Part shown: piece after piece, positions 41,439 to 51,334 of the stretch
Layout of the letters: each line of letters starts with the position of its first letter
How positions within the stretch are numbered: the first letter of the stretch is position 1
Assembly: GCA_029243545.1 (NCBI GenBank)
Contig: JAQWRV010000029.1
Location: forward strand, 34,295 to 98,294
Direction of reading: 5' to 3'
From: Rhodospirillaceae bacterium
GTDB lineage: Bacteria; Pseudomonadota; Alphaproteobacteria; Rhodospirillales; Rhodospirillaceae
DNA length: 64,000 bases
The notes under the pieces: model-generated
Seen by the model: the letters and a program-made list of their open reading frames with translations, nothing else
The model's database searches: none
What the model was told of the DNA's origin: nothing
Program-made: the position numbers and the translations under genes

Positions 41439-42479
41439 GTGAGAAAAGTTTTGCCTATGCAAAGATGTTTCCGCCAGCGCCTCGTTGCCATGGTTGTTTT
41501 CGTGTTCGCCTTATGGGCGTGTTCGATTGAACCCGCAACGGCACAGCCGGCAAAAGGCCGCATTGCCGCAAGCGCGCCCAAGGGGTCGGTGTGGGATCAG
41601 CAATGGGACCGCTACAAATCCAGCTTCGCGGCCCGGCCTGATCTTTTTGAGTTGGATTATCACATATATGGCGAGTTGGGGGCGTCGGAACCCTTGCTTG
41701 GGTCCGTGCGGCGCGGGCGGGTGCAGTTCGTTGCCACATCGCAATCGGTGATCTCGACCCAGATCCCTGAAGTGGCGGTGCTCAGTATGCCGTACCTGTT
41801 CGAAAGTCGGGAAGAAGCGGATTACGTCTACGACTGTTGTATTCGTGATCTTTATCAGCCTTTGGCGGCAGAGGAGGGGTTTGTGTTGTTGCAGTTTGCC
41901 GAAGCCGGGTGGTCGCACTTTTATACGACGCGTTCGATCCGCATTCCGGCGGACGTTAACGGCATGCGCGTGCGGGCCGCGCAATCGCCCGCGGTGGTCG
42001 GATTCCTTAAGGAACTTGATGCTGATGTTGTGTTTCTCAGCATGTCTGACGTGGTGCCCTCATTGCAGACCGGCATGGTGGATGGCGGTTATGGCGCGAT
42101 CACCTGGCATGTGGGGGCAACCCGGAAAGACGCGCCCTTCTTCACATTGACCGGGCATGTCTATGAAACGGGTTTATTCCTAATGAACAAGAACTGGTGG
42201 GATGGCCTCTCCCATGAGCAGCGGGAGATGATGACCACAACTTTCGAAGGGTTCGAAAAGCAGCGTCTCGATGTGCGGGTCGCGCAGGATGGAGAAATTC
42301 AGCGGATCATTGATGAAGGGGACGCGGTGTCCGAACCGACCTCTGCTGAACAGGCCCTGTGGGTTGCAGCCGGGCATCGCAGCCATGGCAGCATTCTCGA
42401 CGAGCTGGGGGGTGATGCGCAGATGATCTACGACCGCATTTTAGAAGCGAAGGCACAGTATAGGGCTGCAGGAGGTTGA
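41439..42479 (+). CDS. TRAP-transporter solute-binding protein (DctP family), orphan; start GTG 41439 or ATG 41457
   Basis: Signal peptide plus DctP-like pattern (YGELGASEPLLGSVRRGRVQFVATS...IPEVAVLSMPYLFES). No DctQ/DctM genes adjacent. Confidence 0.8.
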   Translation: MRKVLPMQRCFRQRLVAMVVFVFALWACSIEPATAQPAKGRIAASAPKGSVWDQQWDRYKSSFAARPDLFELDYHIYGELGASEPLLGSVRRGRVQFVATSQSVISTQIPEVAVLSMPYLFESREEADYVYDCCIRDLYQPLAAEEGFVLLQFAEAGWSHFYTTRSIRIPADVNGMRVRAAQSPAVVGFLKELDADVVFLSMSDVVPSLQTGMVDGGYGAITWHVGATRKDAPFFTLTGHVYETGLFLMNKNWWDGLSHEQREMMTTTFEGFEKQRLDVRVAQDGEIQRIIDEGDAVSEPTSAEQALWVAAGHRSHGSILDELGGDAQMIYDRILEAKAQYRAAGG

Positions 42480-42579
42480 GGCTGGTGGAGGACATAACGG
42501 GGTCTTCATAGACACCCGCCTCGGCTTTGCCTAAATTGCCCTCCAGTATTGGTTCCATCTTAATTTTCTGAGGTTTTTC

Positions 42580-43926
42580 ATGCGCTTGTCCCGCGCCTTT
42601 ATTCCTACGTTGAAGGAAACGCCCTCTGAGGCGCAGATTGTCTCGCATCGATTGATGTTGCGGGCCGGTCTGGTGCGTCAGCACACCGCCGGAATCTACA
42701 ATTGGCTCCCCATGGGCGCGCGGGTGCTCAAGAACATTGAGCAGATCGTCCGCGAAGAGCAGAACGACGCTGGCGCCCAAGAAATCATCATGCCGACCAT
42801 TCAGTCCGGTGAGCTATGGAAAGAAAGCGGGCGTTACGACGACTATGGTCCTGAGATGCTGCGGATCAAAGACCGGCACGACCGGGATATGCTTTACGGC
42901 CCCACCCATGAAGAGGTGGTGACGGACATCTTCCGCAACAATGTGCTCAGCTACAAAGACCTACCGATGAACCTGTATCAGATTCATTGGAAGTTCCGCG
43001 ACGAAGTGCGGCCCCGGTTCGGGGTCATGCGTGGGCGTGAATTCCTAATGAAGGACGCTTATTCCTTTGACCTCACGTTTGAAGCGGCCAAGCACTCCTA
43101 CAATCAGATGTTTGTGGCCTACCTGCGTACCTTCGCGCGCATGGGCCTTAAAGCTATACCCATGAAGGCCGATCCCGGTCCCATCGGTGGCGACATGAGC
43201 CATGAGTTCATCGTGCTGGCGGAAACGGGGGAGAGCGCGGTCTACTGTCATTCGGCATTTCTCGAGAAACCCATTCCGCTGGTGGTCGATTACAATAGCG
43301 ACTTGCAAGAGTTCGTCGATATTTGGACCAGAGATTACGCCGCCACGGACGAAGAACACGACCAGGCCATTAGCAAGGAACTGGGCGATAAGATGATCGA
43401 GGCCCGCGGCATCGAGGTGGGCCACATCTTCTATTTCGGCCAGAAATATTCCGATCCCATGGGCGCGAAAGTGGCTGGTCCCGATGGGGAGATGGTGACG
43501 CCTTATATGGGCTCCTACGGTATTGGTGTGTCGCGTCTTGTGGGGGCTATCGTCGAAGCCTGCCATGATGACTACGGAATCATCTGGCCTGATACGGTGG
43601 CGCCCTACAGGGTAGGCTTAATCAATCTAAAAGTCGGGGCGGAAGAAACCGACAAAGTCTGTGACAAACTCTATAAAGACTTTTCAGAGGGCGGCCTGAG
43701 CGCCTTGTATGACGACCGCAATGAGCGGGCAGGGGTAAAGTTTTCCAACATGGACCTGCTCGGTATGCCGTGGCAGGTCATTGTTGGGCCCAAGGGCCTT
43801 AAGAACGGCACTGTGGAACTCAAACGCCGGGCTACGGGCGAACGACAAGAGCTCAGCCTTGAGAGTGTGATGTCGAAGCTGACCGCACACCACAATGCTG
43901 AAAAACAGTCGGGGGCCGGCGGCTGA
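42580..43926 (+). CDS. proS: proline--tRNA ligase (short form lacking the insertion/editing domain)
   Basis: Class II aaRS motifs ([34 protein letters not shown]), 448 aa. Confidence 0.93.
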   Translation: MRLSRAFIPTLKETPSEAQIVSHRLMLRAGLVRQHTAGIYNWLPMGARVLKNIEQIVREEQNDAGAQEIIMPTIQSGELWKESGRYDDYGPEMLRIKDRHDRDMLYGPTHEEVVTDIFRNNVLSYKDLPMNLYQIHWKFRDEVRPRFGVMRGREFLMKDAYSFDLTFEAAKHSYNQMFVAYLRTFARMGLKAIPMKADPGPIGGDMSHEFIVLAETGESAVYCHSAFLEKPIPLVVDYNSDLQEFVDIWTRDYAATDEEHDQAISKELGDKMIEARGIEVGHIFYFGQKYSDPMGAKVAGPDGEMVTPYMGSYGIGVSRLVGAIVEACHDDYGIIWPDTVAPYRVGLINLKVGAEETDKVCDKLYKDFSEGGLSALYDDRNERAGVKFSNMDLLGMPWQVIVGPKGLKNGTVELKRRATGERQELSLESVMSKLTAHHNAEKQSGAGG

Positions 43927-45170
43927 TGTTCGGTCCCTTTGAGCGCATGATGGCAGGGCGCTATTTGCGCGCCCGGCGGAAGGAAGGGTTTGTTTCGGTC
44001 ATAGCCGGGTTCTCATTGTTGGGCATCGGGCTGGGGGTGGCAACACTGATCATCGTTATGGCGGTGATGAATGGTTACCGCGAGGACATCATGGATCGCA
44101 TTCTTGGCGTCAATGGCCACATCGATATTCAGGGTGTGGAATTCTCCATTGCCGATTACGACCTTCGGGTCGATGCCATCAAGGAAGTGCCGGGTGTGGT
44201 CTTGGCCATGCCGCAGATTGTCGGCCAGGTGATGGCGACGTCGGGCGGTATCAGTGGTGGCGCTGTAGTGCGCGGGGTCCGTGGTGAAGACCTGGCGGCA
44301 CGCACCGTTATTTCAGAAAACATCGTTATGGGATCGTTGCCCGCATTTGCCCGGGGTGATGGCGTGATGATCGGGGTGCGTATGGCCGAGCGTTTTGGGC
44401 TCGGTCTGGGCGACGAGATCACCCTGATTTCACCAAAAGGCAACGTGACGGCCTTTGGCACAGCGCCACGGCTGAAGGACTATCTCATCATTGCCATGTT
44501 CGACGTGGGCATGAGCGATTTTGATTCCTCTATCATTTATATGCCGCTTAGTTTGGCACAGGTGTATTTCAAGTATCCCGGCAGTGTAACGGCCATCGAA
44601 GTGCAGGTAGAAGACCCTGACCAGGCTCGGTTTATCGCCCGAGAAATTGTCGACGTGGCAGGCCCGGGGATACGCATACTCTCCTGGGAACAGACCAATT
44701 CAACCTTCTTCAATGCCCTACAGGTGGAACGCAATGTGATGTTCCTGATCCTGACCCTGATCATTGTCGTCGCGGCGTTTAACATCATCGCCGGGTTGAT
44801 TATGCTGGTGAAGGACAAGGGCCGCGACATCGCCATCCTGCGCACCATGGGGGCGACGCGCGGCATGATCATGCGGGTGTTCTTCTTGGCCGGTGCTAGC
44901 GTGGGTGTGACCGGCACAATCCTCGGGCTGATCCTCGGCATTGTTTTCTGCGATAACATCGAAGCCGTGCGGCGCTTTCTGGAGACACTGACCGGGACGG
45001 AGTTGTTCTCGGCGGAAATCTACTTCCTCTCAACTATTCCTGCCGTCATGGACTGGAGCGAGACCATGTCTGTCGTGCTGATGGCTCTTGGGCTTTCCTT
45101 TGCCGCAACTTTGTATCCTTCCTGGCGGGCGGCCCGGACCGATCCGGTCGAGGCGCTGCGCTATGAGTGA
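43926..45170 (+). CDS. lolC: lipoprotein-releasing ABC transporter permease LolC/E
   Basis: MacB/FtsX-type permease, 414 aa, with a periplasmic domain between TM1 and TM2. Start overlaps the proS stop (TGATG). Confidence 0.9.
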   Translation: MFGPFERMMAGRYLRARRKEGFVSVIAGFSLLGIGLGVATLIIVMAVMNGYREDIMDRILGVNGHIDIQGVEFSIADYDLRVDAIKEVPGVVLAMPQIVGQVMATSGGISGGAVVRGVRGEDLAARTVISENIVMGSLPAFARGDGVMIGVRMAERFGLGLGDEITLISPKGNVTAFGTAPRLKDYLIIAMFDVGMSDFDSSIIYMPLSLAQVYFKYPGSVTAIEVQVEDPDQARFIAREIVDVAGPGIRILSWEQTNSTFFNALQVERNVMFLILTLIIVVAAFNIIAGLIMLVKDKGRDIAILRTMGATRGMIMRVFFLAGASVGVTGTILGLILGIVFCDNIEAVRRFLETLTGTELFSAEIYFLSTIPAVMDWSETMSVVLMALGLSFAATLYPSWRAARTDPVEALRYE

Positions 45171-45843
45171 GGCCGCGCTGAGTTTGGACGCTGTTCATCG
45201 CACTTTTGAACAAGGGGGCAAGACGCTCCAAGTTTTGCGGGGCGCGAGCCTGACCGTTGCCCGTGGCGAGATCGTTGGCCTAGTCGGACCATCGGGTTCG
45301 GGCAAATCGACTCTGTTGCATCTGGCTGGGCTTTTAGAAAAGCCGGACCAGGGTGAGGTGTTCGTTTCCGGTGAGTCTTGTGCCGCTTTGACCGAACAGC
45401 GTCTGACGGAACTCCGGCTCAAATACTTGGGCTTTGTCTATCAATACCATCACCTATTGCCAGAGTTCTCGGCGGTGGAGAACGTGGTCGTGCCGCAGAT
45501 GATTGCCGGTACGGCGAAGGACGAGGCGGCGATACGGGCGCGAGCTTTGCTTGACAGTTTAGGCATAGGCGAACGCTACGAGCATCGCCCGGGTTTACTC
45601 TCCGGTGGAGAACAACAGCGGGTCGCCATTGCCCGGGCCCTGGCCAATTCCCCTTCCGTTCTTCTTGCCGATGAACCGACCGGTAATCTTGATCCGCACA
45701 CCGCCGCCGGCGTGTTCGACGCATTGCTTAAGCTGTCGCGTGAACATGGATTGGCGGCGTTGGTGGCAACACATAATCCGGAACTGGCCAAGCGCATGGA
45801 TCGCGTGGTGCGCTTGGACGAAGGCGTGTTGGTCGACGGATGA
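45163..45843 (+). CDS. lolD: lipoprotein-releasing ABC transporter ATP-binding protein LolD
   Basis: Walker [10 protein letters not shown], signature [15 protein letters not shown], Walker [12 protein letters not shown]. Start trimmed to ATG 45163, overlapping the lolC end. Confidence 0.92.
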   Translation: MSEAALSLDAVHRTFEQGGKTLQVLRGASLTVARGEIVGLVGPSGSGKSTLLHLAGLLEKPDQGEVFVSGESCAALTEQRLTELRLKYLGFVYQYHHLLPEFSAVENVVVPQMIAGTAKDEAAIRARALLDSLGIGERYEHRPGLLSGGEQQRVAIARALANSPSVLLADEPTGNLDPHTAAGVFDALLKLSREHGLAALVATHNPELAKRMDRVVRLDEGVLVDG

Positions 45844-46298
45844 CATTGTTGCGCGACCCCCGTTTTATTTCCGGCCTTATTTTCATTATTTTTGTCGCGC
45901 GGCCCTTTTGTGCGGCAGCGGCAGATATAACAGTCAGCTATGCCTGGGTGAGGGCGACCATCGGCCAGGCCATCGTGACGGCAGGCTATGTCACCATCGC
46001 AAACACGGGTGAGACCGATGACCGTCTTCTATCCGTTCGGGCCGAAGGCGTGGCCAAAGCGGAAGTCCACCGAACGACCACGGGCGAGGGCGGGATCATG
46101 CGTATGCGTCTAGTGGCTGTATTGGAAATTCCGGCTGGGGAAAAGGCTGTCTTTAAGGGTGGAGGCGATCACCTGATGCTGACCGGCATTGCTACCCCAT
46201 TGAAAGAAGACGAAAAAATTTTACTGACCCTTACGTTTCAGAATGCGGGTGAGGTTGCGGTGGTTGCCCGTGTGGCGCGAAGAGACCCTTTTCTGTAA
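45840..46298 (+). CDS. periplasmic copper chaperone PCu(A)C (DUF461)
   Basis: Signal peptide ([16 protein letters not shown]) and copper-binding pattern H-x10-M-x-M ... DHLML. ATGA overlap with the lolD stop. Confidence 0.8.
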   Translation: MTLLRDPRFISGLIFIIFVARPFCAAAADITVSYAWVRATIGQAIVTAGYVTIANTGETDDRLLSVRAEGVAKAEVHRTTTGEGGIMRMRLVAVLEIPAGEKAVFKGGGDHLMLTGIATPLKEDEKILLTLTFQNAGEVAVVARVARRDPFL

Positions 46299-46302
46299 CG
46301 GC

Positions 46303-46336
46303 TTATCCTCAGGGTTATTCACTTTTCTGTGGATAA
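46303..46336. promoter_or_regulatory. cluster of three DnaA-box-like 9-mers upstream of dnaE
   Basis: TTATCCTCA (46303-46311, 8/9), TTATTCACT (46315-46323, 8/9 against TTATNCACA), and TGTGGATAA (46328-46336, a perfect TTATCCACA on the minus strand). The cluster ends 50 nt before the dnaE ATG. Confidence 0.5.
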
Positions 46337-46386
46337 CGTGACATCAAGACTTCTTTAAGACGGCTGCGGGTGCGATCAATAGACCC

Positions 46387-49300
46387 ATGAACCACGCTCC
46401 TTTTGTTCATCTCCGCACCCATTCGGCCTACTCCCTGGCGGAGGGTGCGATCAAGATTCCGGCCTTGGTTGACCTCTGCGTCGACAACCAGATGCCGGCC
46501 GTGGCGCTGACCGACACCCGCAACTTATTTGGTGCGCTTGAGTTTTCCGTTGGCTGCGCCGACATGGGTGTGCAGCCGATCATTGGCTGTCAGATGTCCG
46601 TGCGGCGGGACGGCGAAGAAGGAGGCGTTGGTAGTGGCGGTGCGCGTCTACCCGAGCCGGATCAGCTGGTGTTGCTGTGTCAGACGGAACAGGGCTACGG
46701 CAACCTCATGAAGTTGGTCAGCAAGGCGTTCCTCGAAACGCCGCCAGGTGAAACCCCGCATATCACCATGGAAGATGTGACCGGTCATGCGGATGGGCTC
46801 ATTGCCTTGACGGGTGGGACCGCCGGAGCCGTTGGCCGCCATCTGATCGATGGTCAGTTCCCCAAGGCCGAAGCCATGCTGCTCCGGCTCAAAGAAATCT
46901 TTCCTAACCGGCTTTATGTGGAGCTGCAGCGCCATGGCCTGAGGACTGAAGATCAGATCGAGTCTGGGCTGATCGACTTGGCCCACGCCCATGATGTTCC
47001 GCTGGTGGCGACCAATGAACCGTTCTTCGCTGATGAAAGCATGTACCGCGCCCATGATGCCCTGTTGTGCATCGCCGAGAAATCTTATGTCTCTGTGGCA
47101 GATCGGCGGCGGGCAACACTTGAGCACCGCTTTAAGACGGCAGAAGAAATGCAGGCCCTATTCGCGGACGTGCCTGAGGCCATCGACAACACCCTGGTGA
47201 TCGCCAAGCGCTGCTCAGTGATGGTGGAGCGGCGGGACCCTATCCTGCCGCGGTCCCCAAAAGCCGGAGACCAGACAGAAGAAGATGCGCTCAAAGATCT
47301 TGCTAAGGCGGGTTTAGAAGATCGGCTGATTAAGCAGGTATTCACCGACGAGATGGATGAAGCGGCGAAGACTGAAATCGCCAAACCTTACCGTGAGCGG
47401 CTCAACTATGAGCTGGCCGTTATCAACAAAATGGGCTTCCCCGGATACTTCCTCATCGTTGCTGACTTTATTCACTGGTCGAAAGAGCACGGCGTGCCTG
47501 TAGGGCCTGGTCGTGGGTCCGGCGCAGGATCGGTGGTTGCCTGGTCGCTTCTGATTACGGACTTGGACCCTTTGCGTTTCGGCCTGCTGTTCGAGCGGTT
47601 TCTTAATCCTGAACGTGTATCCATGCCTGACTTTGATATCGACTTTTGTCAGGACCGGCGGGAAGACGTGATTAGGTTCGTGCAGCAGGAATACGGTGAA
47701 GACCGGGTTGCGCAGATCATCACCTTCGGAAAGCTGCAAGCACGGGCGGCATTGCGCAATGTGGGGCGGGTGCTGGAAATGCCCCTCGGCTATGTGGATA
47801 AAATCTGCAAAATGGTGCCCAATAATCCTGCGGCCCCCGTAACCTTATTCAACGCCATTGAATCTGAGCCCGAGCTCCGGCACCTGCGCGATACGGATGA
47901 AACCGTTTCGCAGTTATTCGATATCTCTCTCAAGCTGGAAGGCCTTTACAACCACGCTTCGACCCACGCGGCGGGTGTGGTGATCGGTGATCGCCCACTA
48001 TCCGATCTGGTTGCACTCTATCGTGACCCGAATTCGGACATGCCGGTGACCCAATTCAATATGAAGTGGGTAGAAGAAGCGGGGCTGGTCAAATTCGATT
48101 TCCTCGGCCTGAAAACACTGACGGTGCTGGACCAGGCAGTGAAGCTCCTGCTTGATCGGGATATCAAACTGGATTTGCTGTCCATTCCTCTCGATGACAC
48201 TGGGACCTTCGACATGCTGTCGCGTGGTGATACGTCGGGTGTGTTCCAGCTGGAAAGTACGGGCATGCGCGATGTGTTGCGCAAATTGAAACCTGATGTG
48301 TTTGAAGACATTATTGCCGTGGTGGCGCTCTATCGGCCCGGGCCCATGGATAACATCCCAAGCTTTATTGACCGCAAGATCGGCGAGGAAGATATAGCCT
48401 ACATGCATCCGGTGCTGGAGCCGATCCTCAAAGAGACCTACGGCATCATGATCTACCAGGAACAGGTGATGCAGGCTGCGCGGGAGATGGCGGGGTACTC
48501 CCTCGCCAGCGCGGACCTCTTGCGCCGGGCCATGGGCAAAAAAATTAAGAAGGAGATGGACGCCCAGAGGGAACAGTTTGTTGAAGGCGCGGTTGGGCGG
48601 GGCACGGCAGCCTCTAAAGCCTCTGAAGTATTTGATACCATCGCCAAGTTTGCCGGCTACGGATTCAATAAATCTCACGCCGCCGCCTACGCCCTGGTGG
48701 CGTATCAAACAGGCTACATGAAGGCCAACTATCCGGTTGAGTTTATGGCAGCGACCATGTCGCTCGATATGCAGAATACTGACAAGCTGGCGGGCTTTAG
48801 GTCGGAGCTGACCCGCCTCGACATCGATCTGTTGCCGCCGGACGTGAATTATTCCGGAGTCAGGTTTACTGTCGAGCAAAAGGAGAGTGGAACCTGGGCT
48901 GTCCGCTACGCCCTGGCGGCGATTAAAAATGTGGGCGCCGGCGCCATGGAGGGTTTGATACGGGTTCGGGAAGAGGGCGGGCCATTCAAGGATTTGGCCG
49001 ACTTTACCGGCAGACTTGAAACCGGCCTTATCAATAAGCGGTTGATTGAAAATCTCGTCCGCGCCGGGGCCTTGGACTGCCTGCATAATAACCGCGCTGA
49101 ACTCATGGGAAGCGCTGAAACGATTTTGCGTCACGCACAGGCACAGGCTGAAGAGCGTTCATCCGATCAACACGCTCTGTTTGGCGGTGAAAGTGAAAAA
49201 CCTAAGTTGAAGCTTAAAGAGCTCGAGGACTGGCGGCCGATGGAACGGTTGAGCCAGGAGTTCGATGCCATTGGGTTTTATCTGTCCGCCCATCCGCTTG

Positions 49301-49860
49301 ATGCCTATGCGGCAACCCTTGAAGCCCAAGGCGTTATTAAAGCCAGCGATCTTGACGATTTGACACCCGACGAGTGCCGGCGCCCGCTGCGCATGGCGGG
49401 GACGATGGTGAGCAAGCGGGAACGGGTCGGTAAAAGCGGTAATCGTTATGCTTTCGTAGCATTGTCGGACGCAACAGGCACATACGAAACGGTGGTGTTT
49501 TCTGAAGTGTTGGTGGCGTCCCGCGAGTTGCTGGAATCTGGCGACCCGTTGCTTATTACATTGGATGCAAAGCTAGAAAACGATCAGCTTCGTTTGATGG
49601 CGACCAGGATGACACCACTTGATGAGGCGGTCGCGGCGCGCCTTGATAACCTTCGCATTCAAATCAAGGACGGGGCGCGGGTCGATGAGTTGCAAGAGAT
49701 CATTGACGCAGATGGCAAGGGCAACGGACGTATTCTTTTGGTGGCGCGCTCTAATGGCCACGAGGTTGAGGTGTCACTGCCGGATCGCTACTCCATATCG
49801 GCTTCGACCTTAGGCCGGATCAAAGATGTGCCCGGTGTTGAGGAAATTCGCCAGTTTTAG
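46387..49860 (+). CDS. dnaE: DNA polymerase III subunit alpha
   Basis: N-terminal PHP domain (FVHLRTHSAYSL), polymerase core, OB fold. 1157 aa. Confidence 0.97.
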   Translation: MNHAPFVHLRTHSAYSLAEGAIKIPALVDLCVDNQMPAVALTDTRNLFGALEFSVGCADMGVQPIIGCQMSVRRDGEEGGVGSGGARLPEPDQLVLLCQTEQGYGNLMKLVSKAFLETPPGETPHITMEDVTGHADGLIALTGGTAGAVGRHLIDGQFPKAEAMLLRLKEIFPNRLYVELQRHGLRTEDQIESGLIDLAHAHDVPLVATNEPFFADESMYRAHDALLCIAEKSYVSVADRRRATLEHRFKTAEEMQALFADVPEAIDNTLVIAKRCSVMVERRDPILPRSPKAGDQTEEDALKDLAKAGLEDRLIKQVFTDEMDEAAKTEIAKPYRERLNYELAVINKMGFPGYFLIVADFIHWSKEHGVPVGPGRGSGAGSVVAWSLLITDLDPLRFGLLFERFLNPERVSMPDFDIDFCQDRREDVIRFVQQEYGEDRVAQIITFGKLQARAALRNVGRVLEMPLGYVDKICKMVPNNPAAPVTLFNAIESEPELRHLRDTDETVSQLFDISLKLEGLYNHASTHAAGVVIGDRPLSDLVALYRDPNSDMPVTQFNMKWVEEAGLVKFDFLGLKTLTVLDQAVKLLLDRDIKLDLLSIPLDDTGTFDMLSRGDTSGVFQLESTGMRDVLRKLKPDVFEDIIAVVALYRPGPMDNIPSFIDRKIGEEDIAYMHPVLEPILKETYGIMIYQEQVMQAAREMAGYSLASADLLRRAMGKKIKKEMDAQREQFVEGAVGRGTAASKASEVFDTIAKFAGYGFNKSHAAAYALVAYQTGYMKANYPVEFMAATMSLDMQNTDKLAGFRSELTRLDIDLLPPDVNYSGVRFTVEQKESGTWAVRYALAAIKNVGAGAMEGLIRVREEGGPFKDLADFTGRLETGLINKRLIENLVRAGALDCLHNNRAELMGSAETILRHAQAQAEERSSDQHALFGGESEKPKLKLKELEDWRPMERLSQEFDAIGFYLSAHPLDAYAATLEAQGVIKASDLDDLTPDECRRPLRMAGTMVSKRERVGKSGNRYAFVALSDATGTYETVVFSEVLVASRELLESGDPLLITLDAKLENDQLRLMATRMTPLDEAVAARLDNLRIQIKDGARVDELQEIIDADGKGNGRILLVARSNGHEVEVSLPDRYSISASTLGRIKDVPGVEEIRQF

Positions 49861-49974
49861 TCTTTAGGCCAGTGTTGTCGTTGATGCTCTAGAGGCGACC
49901 GCATGGCAAAGAAGCGGTTTCTCCACACCCAATATAAAGCGCTACACTGACAGACCGCATGTGGGAGGTTTGCC

Positions 49975-50796
49975 ATGATCCGACGTCGTGTTTTGACAGG
50001 ACTGCTATTTGTAGCTGCTGTCACTAGCCAACCCGCTGCTGCTGTTGAATCCAGCGGCCTCAATATTCTGGTCATCGGGGCAACGGCCCGCACCTCGGAA
50101 GATCTCATTCCCCAAGCGCTCGCCGCTGGACATGAAGTGATTGGGTTGGCCCGTCGGCCCAACGCCGTGAAATTTGAACATGCAAACCTCACCGTGGTGA
50201 AAGGCGACGTCTATGACGTTGACTCGCTCAAAGCTGCCATGACCGGCGACGAGATCGTCATATCCGTTTATGGCCCGCGGACGACACCGGAAATCGAGAT
50301 TCCTGAATCCGATCTCATGTCAAAGGGCACCGCGAATATTATTGAAGCCATGAAAGCAAAGGGAAACACACGCTTGTTCGCGACCAGTTCCACGTCGGTG
50401 GAGCGTGAGATTCCCGAAACAGAACCCATAGGCGTGCCGCTGACCCAAAAATGGATGTGGAACATGCGGGGTGTGTATCGGGACATGCGGCATATGGAAG
50501 ATGTGGTTCATGAGAGCGGACTTGAAGCCATAGTGTTGAGGCCGTGCCAATTGCTGCAAGAACCCATGCGCCACGACATCAAACTGGCGGTGGACGTGCC
50601 TGCACCCGGCCGGCGCCTGATCACCTATGCGGATTTCTCAGCGTTCATTCTGAGTCAATTGGAGTCCGACGACTACATTGGTACGACAGTGAGCGTCTAC
50701 AGCGACCGGACCATTGACTGGGGTGGGAATGTGGATTTCGAGGCTGAAATGGAAAAGCTCAAGCGTCTCAAAGCCGAATCTGAAGCCGGAACCTAG
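49975..50796 (+). CDS. exported NAD(P)-binding-fold (NmrA/BVR-B-like atypical SDR) protein
   Basis: Signal peptide MIRRRVLTGLLFVAAVTSQPAAA-V, followed by a Rossmann start ILVIGATARTS. This is a degenerate version of GATGxxG. Confidence 0.6.
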   Translation: MIRRRVLTGLLFVAAVTSQPAAAVESSGLNILVIGATARTSEDLIPQALAAGHEVIGLARRPNAVKFEHANLTVVKGDVYDVDSLKAAMTGDEIVISVYGPRTTPEIEIPESDLMSKGTANIIEAMKAKGNTRLFATSSTSVEREIPETEPIGVPLTQKWMWNMRGVYRDMRHMEDVVHESGLEAIVLRPCQLLQEPMRHDIKLAVDVPAPGRRLITYADFSAFILSQLESDDYIGTTVSVYSDRTIDWGGNVDFEAEMEKLKRLKAESEAGT

Positions 50797-50969
50797 CCAA
50801 AAGCTGCCGTCAGACGGCTATAGCCATTGAATATCGGTATCATTAGGCCGGTTGCAGGCGTAAACTTTCTTCCAGTATCCTGCCGCAGAGGACTGCCTGG
50901 TCCGGTTAAGGGTGGTTTGCCAAAAAAGCGTGCGCAGGAGAGCGAGTTAGCCCTCAGGAGGCCTGCGCC

Positions 50970-51332
50970 ATGGCAGATAAAGTATATAGCCGCCCCACTT
51001 ATGCTTCTGATTTTGTAAAGCACGACACCAAACGCGCAGTCTACATGGGCAACGTCATGATCGACAACCTTGTAGAAGCGGTTGTTGCGCTGGGCGCAGA
51101 AGTCTGGAGCAACCGGCGGCGGCAGAAAGTTGTAGAGGCTTTGCTGGAAGAAAAGGGCATCACCGAAGAAATGATTGAAGCCTATATGCCATCCGAGGAA
51201 AAGCAGATGGCATGGAAAGAAGATCGTGATGCCTTCGTCCAGCGCACTATGACTGTGTTGGCCAAGCAAGCGGATTTACCCCTGTCATCCGATTTCACAA
51301 CACCTGTGCAATCAACCGAGGAAAGGATGTAG
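50970..51332 (+). CDS. hypothetical 120-aa acidic protein, no signal peptide
   Basis: GGAGG lies 9 nt upstream of the ATG. Ordinary protein composition. Its stop is 2 nt before the next gene's start. Confidence 0.6.
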   Translation: MADKVYSRPTYASDFVKHDTKRAVYMGNVMIDNLVEAVVALGAEVWSNRRRQKVVEALLEEKGITEEMIEAYMPSEEKQMAWKEDRDAFVQRTMTVLAKQADLPLSSDFTTPVQSTEERM

Positions 51333-51334
51333 TC

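Noticed and set aside
47998-49134. 378-aa minus-strand ORF
   Set aside because: It is antisense to dnaE, with no motifs and skewed composition. The plus-strand gene is unambiguous.
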